In this document: positions 62,878 through 64,000 of the stretch, piece by piece
How the letters are laid out: each line of letters opens with the position of its first letter
Numbering within the stretch: position 1 is the first letter of the stretch
Source: Candidatus Binatia bacterium
GTDB lineage: Bacteria; Desulfobacterota; Binatia; UBA9968; JAJDTQ01
DNA: 64,000 nt
Assembly: GCA_963666515.2 (NCBI GenBank)
Contig: OY762897.2
Location: forward strand, 2,304,001 to 2,368,000
Direction of reading: 5' to 3'
Translations under genes and position numbers: made by a program
Notes under the pieces: generated by a model
What the model saw: the letters and a program-made list of their open reading frames with translations, nothing else
Databases searched by the model: none
Told to the model about the DNA's origin: nothing

Positions 62878-62948
62878 GCTCAGACGAACGGCGATACAAT
62901 CCGTTCGTCTGAGCGTAGCGCCGCGTCAGCGGCGCGAAATCGAAGGGC
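62878..62948. repeat. Partial doublet of the TTCGAC REP-like family
   Basis: GCTCAGACGAACGG spacer CCGTTCGTCTGAGCGTAGCGCCGCGTCAGCGGCGCGAAATCGAAGGGC. Confidence 0.75.
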
Positions 62949-62954
62949 CTCGTC

Positions 62955-63582
62955 TTACCCTTCTGTCCATTCTGGGGTATCAAACACTGCGGAAACATCG
63001 GCCGTGAAACCTTCGAGCAGCGACGACGTGGCGACGGCTCCACGCCGAAACACGCCGTGCTCGACGTATGCGTCGCCCTTGAGAGTAAGGACGGTGATGG
63101 TGTCGTCTCGCGGATCCACGATCCAGTATTCGGGGATGCCACCCTCGGCGTAGTCGGCGCGCTTCTCCACCAGATCCCGTTCCGGGCCGTCCGGACTCAC
63201 GACTTCCGCCACCAAATCCGCCCCCAGCCAGTAACGATCCTGGTAGCGCGGATCCGACCGGCTGCGCAGGAGCAGGATGTCCGGTTCGCGGAACTTGCCT
63301 TCGCGGATGCGTATGCGTAGCGCCGAGACCATTGCGACGCCGCTGAGCGGGCTGAGGTAGTCGCGGAACAATTCGTAGAGGAAGGTGAAAATCGCTTGAT
63401 GCGTCGAGGTGGGTGCAGGCAGCCTCGATGTAGCCGTCGGTGAACTCGATGAGCCTGCGGCTGCGGTCAGTGAGCCACAGGTAGCCCGCGTCGCTCCAGG
63501 CGCCTTGGCGAGGCAGGGTCTCGCGCAACAGCGCATTCAGCGCTTCCTGCGAGGCGTTCGCGCGTCCTGTCATGCGGGTCAT
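62955..63582 (-). pseudogene. Uma2 family endonuclease, frameshifted
   Basis: N-part ..PRQGAWS..LIEFTDGYIE in one frame; LPAPTSTHQ..REPD..LVAEVVSP..KRADYAEGGIPEYWIVDP in another; shift near 63424. Confidence 0.8.
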
Positions 63583-63676
63583 GCCCTCATCCCTTCGTAT
63601 CGCTGGGCTTTGCAAATCAATCCTACCCCACCCCCTTCATCCTTCCACCTCTTTGGACCGCCACACCGCTCCACCT

Positions 63677-63703
63677 CTGGATTCCGGCTTCCGCCGGAAT
63701 GAC
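63677..63703. repeat. Palindromic element CTGGATTCCGGCTTCCGCCGGAATGAC
   Basis: Hairpin related to the 26.9 kb cluster. Confidence 0.6.
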
Positions 63704-63797
63704 AAATTCGGACATTCACGGGTTATTCCATGGCATAACGGGTTCGCGTATCCCGAACCCTGGTGCACCGAATGCGCGGCCAGACGATATACGGCTT

Positions 63798-64000
63798 CTA
63801 CGGGTGCACATCTTGCAGGAACAACTCGTCCGGGATCTCAAAGCCGATGCCCTGTTCACGGGCCCGCTGGTAGGCGATCCATGCGGGGATGTACTGGAGA
63901 CCGAGCCCGCTGGAGGGGCCGGTGCCGACACCGCCGAATAGGGTGATGTCGTCGTCGCTGGTGCGTCCCTGGTCGAGTCCTTCGACGATCTCGCCCAGGA
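63798..64000 (-). CDS. C-terminus of an ornithine cyclodeaminase/mu-crystallin family protein (truncated by window)
   Basis: LGEIVEGLDQGRTSDDDITLF..GLGLQY..AYQRAREQGIGFEIP..LFLQDVHP*. Confidence 0.7.
   Translation of the reverse strand, partial: LGEIVEGLDQGRTSDDDITLFGGVGTGPSSGLGLQYIPAWIAYQRAREQGIGFEIPDELFLQDVHP

Overview
A 64 kb chromosomal segment from a GC-rich bacterium. The gene set (many amidohydrolase-2 enzymes, UbiD, orphan Bug/TctC binding proteins, CaiB CoA-transferases, an NtrC-family two-component system) suggests a deltaproteobacterial/Binatia-like lineage; this is inference only. About 50 CDS are supportable. They cover housekeeping and metabolism (glnE, adk, gnd, pgl, folK with folB/folX- and folM-like genes, degP, an RpoD-like sigma, GH15, an ABC transporter) and a ~16 kb divergent CoA-dependent catabolic cluster ending in a radical SAM enzyme with a CX8CX2C motif. 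There are three toxin-antitoxin-like pairs and an accessory region at 56.4-63.7 kb with two ATPase-nuclease genes, a mazE stub, an IS1634 inserted into an unknown gene and a frameshifted Uma2 gene. No rRNA, tRNA or CRISPR array was seen. Most notable: (1) a phased array of six 17-bp repeats (22-bp period) overlapping the promoter of an AAA_14/DUF4143 ATPase-wHTH-nuclease; (2) a DUF4160/DUF2442 TA-like pair whose DUF2442 partner is fused to a uracil-DNA-glycosylase-superfamily domain; (3) a ~190-nt rod-shaped, 6S-like RNA candidate in the leader of a sigma-70 paralogue; (4) a REP-like family with variable nested GNA-loop mini-hairpins. All family calls were made by eye from motifs; no database search was run.
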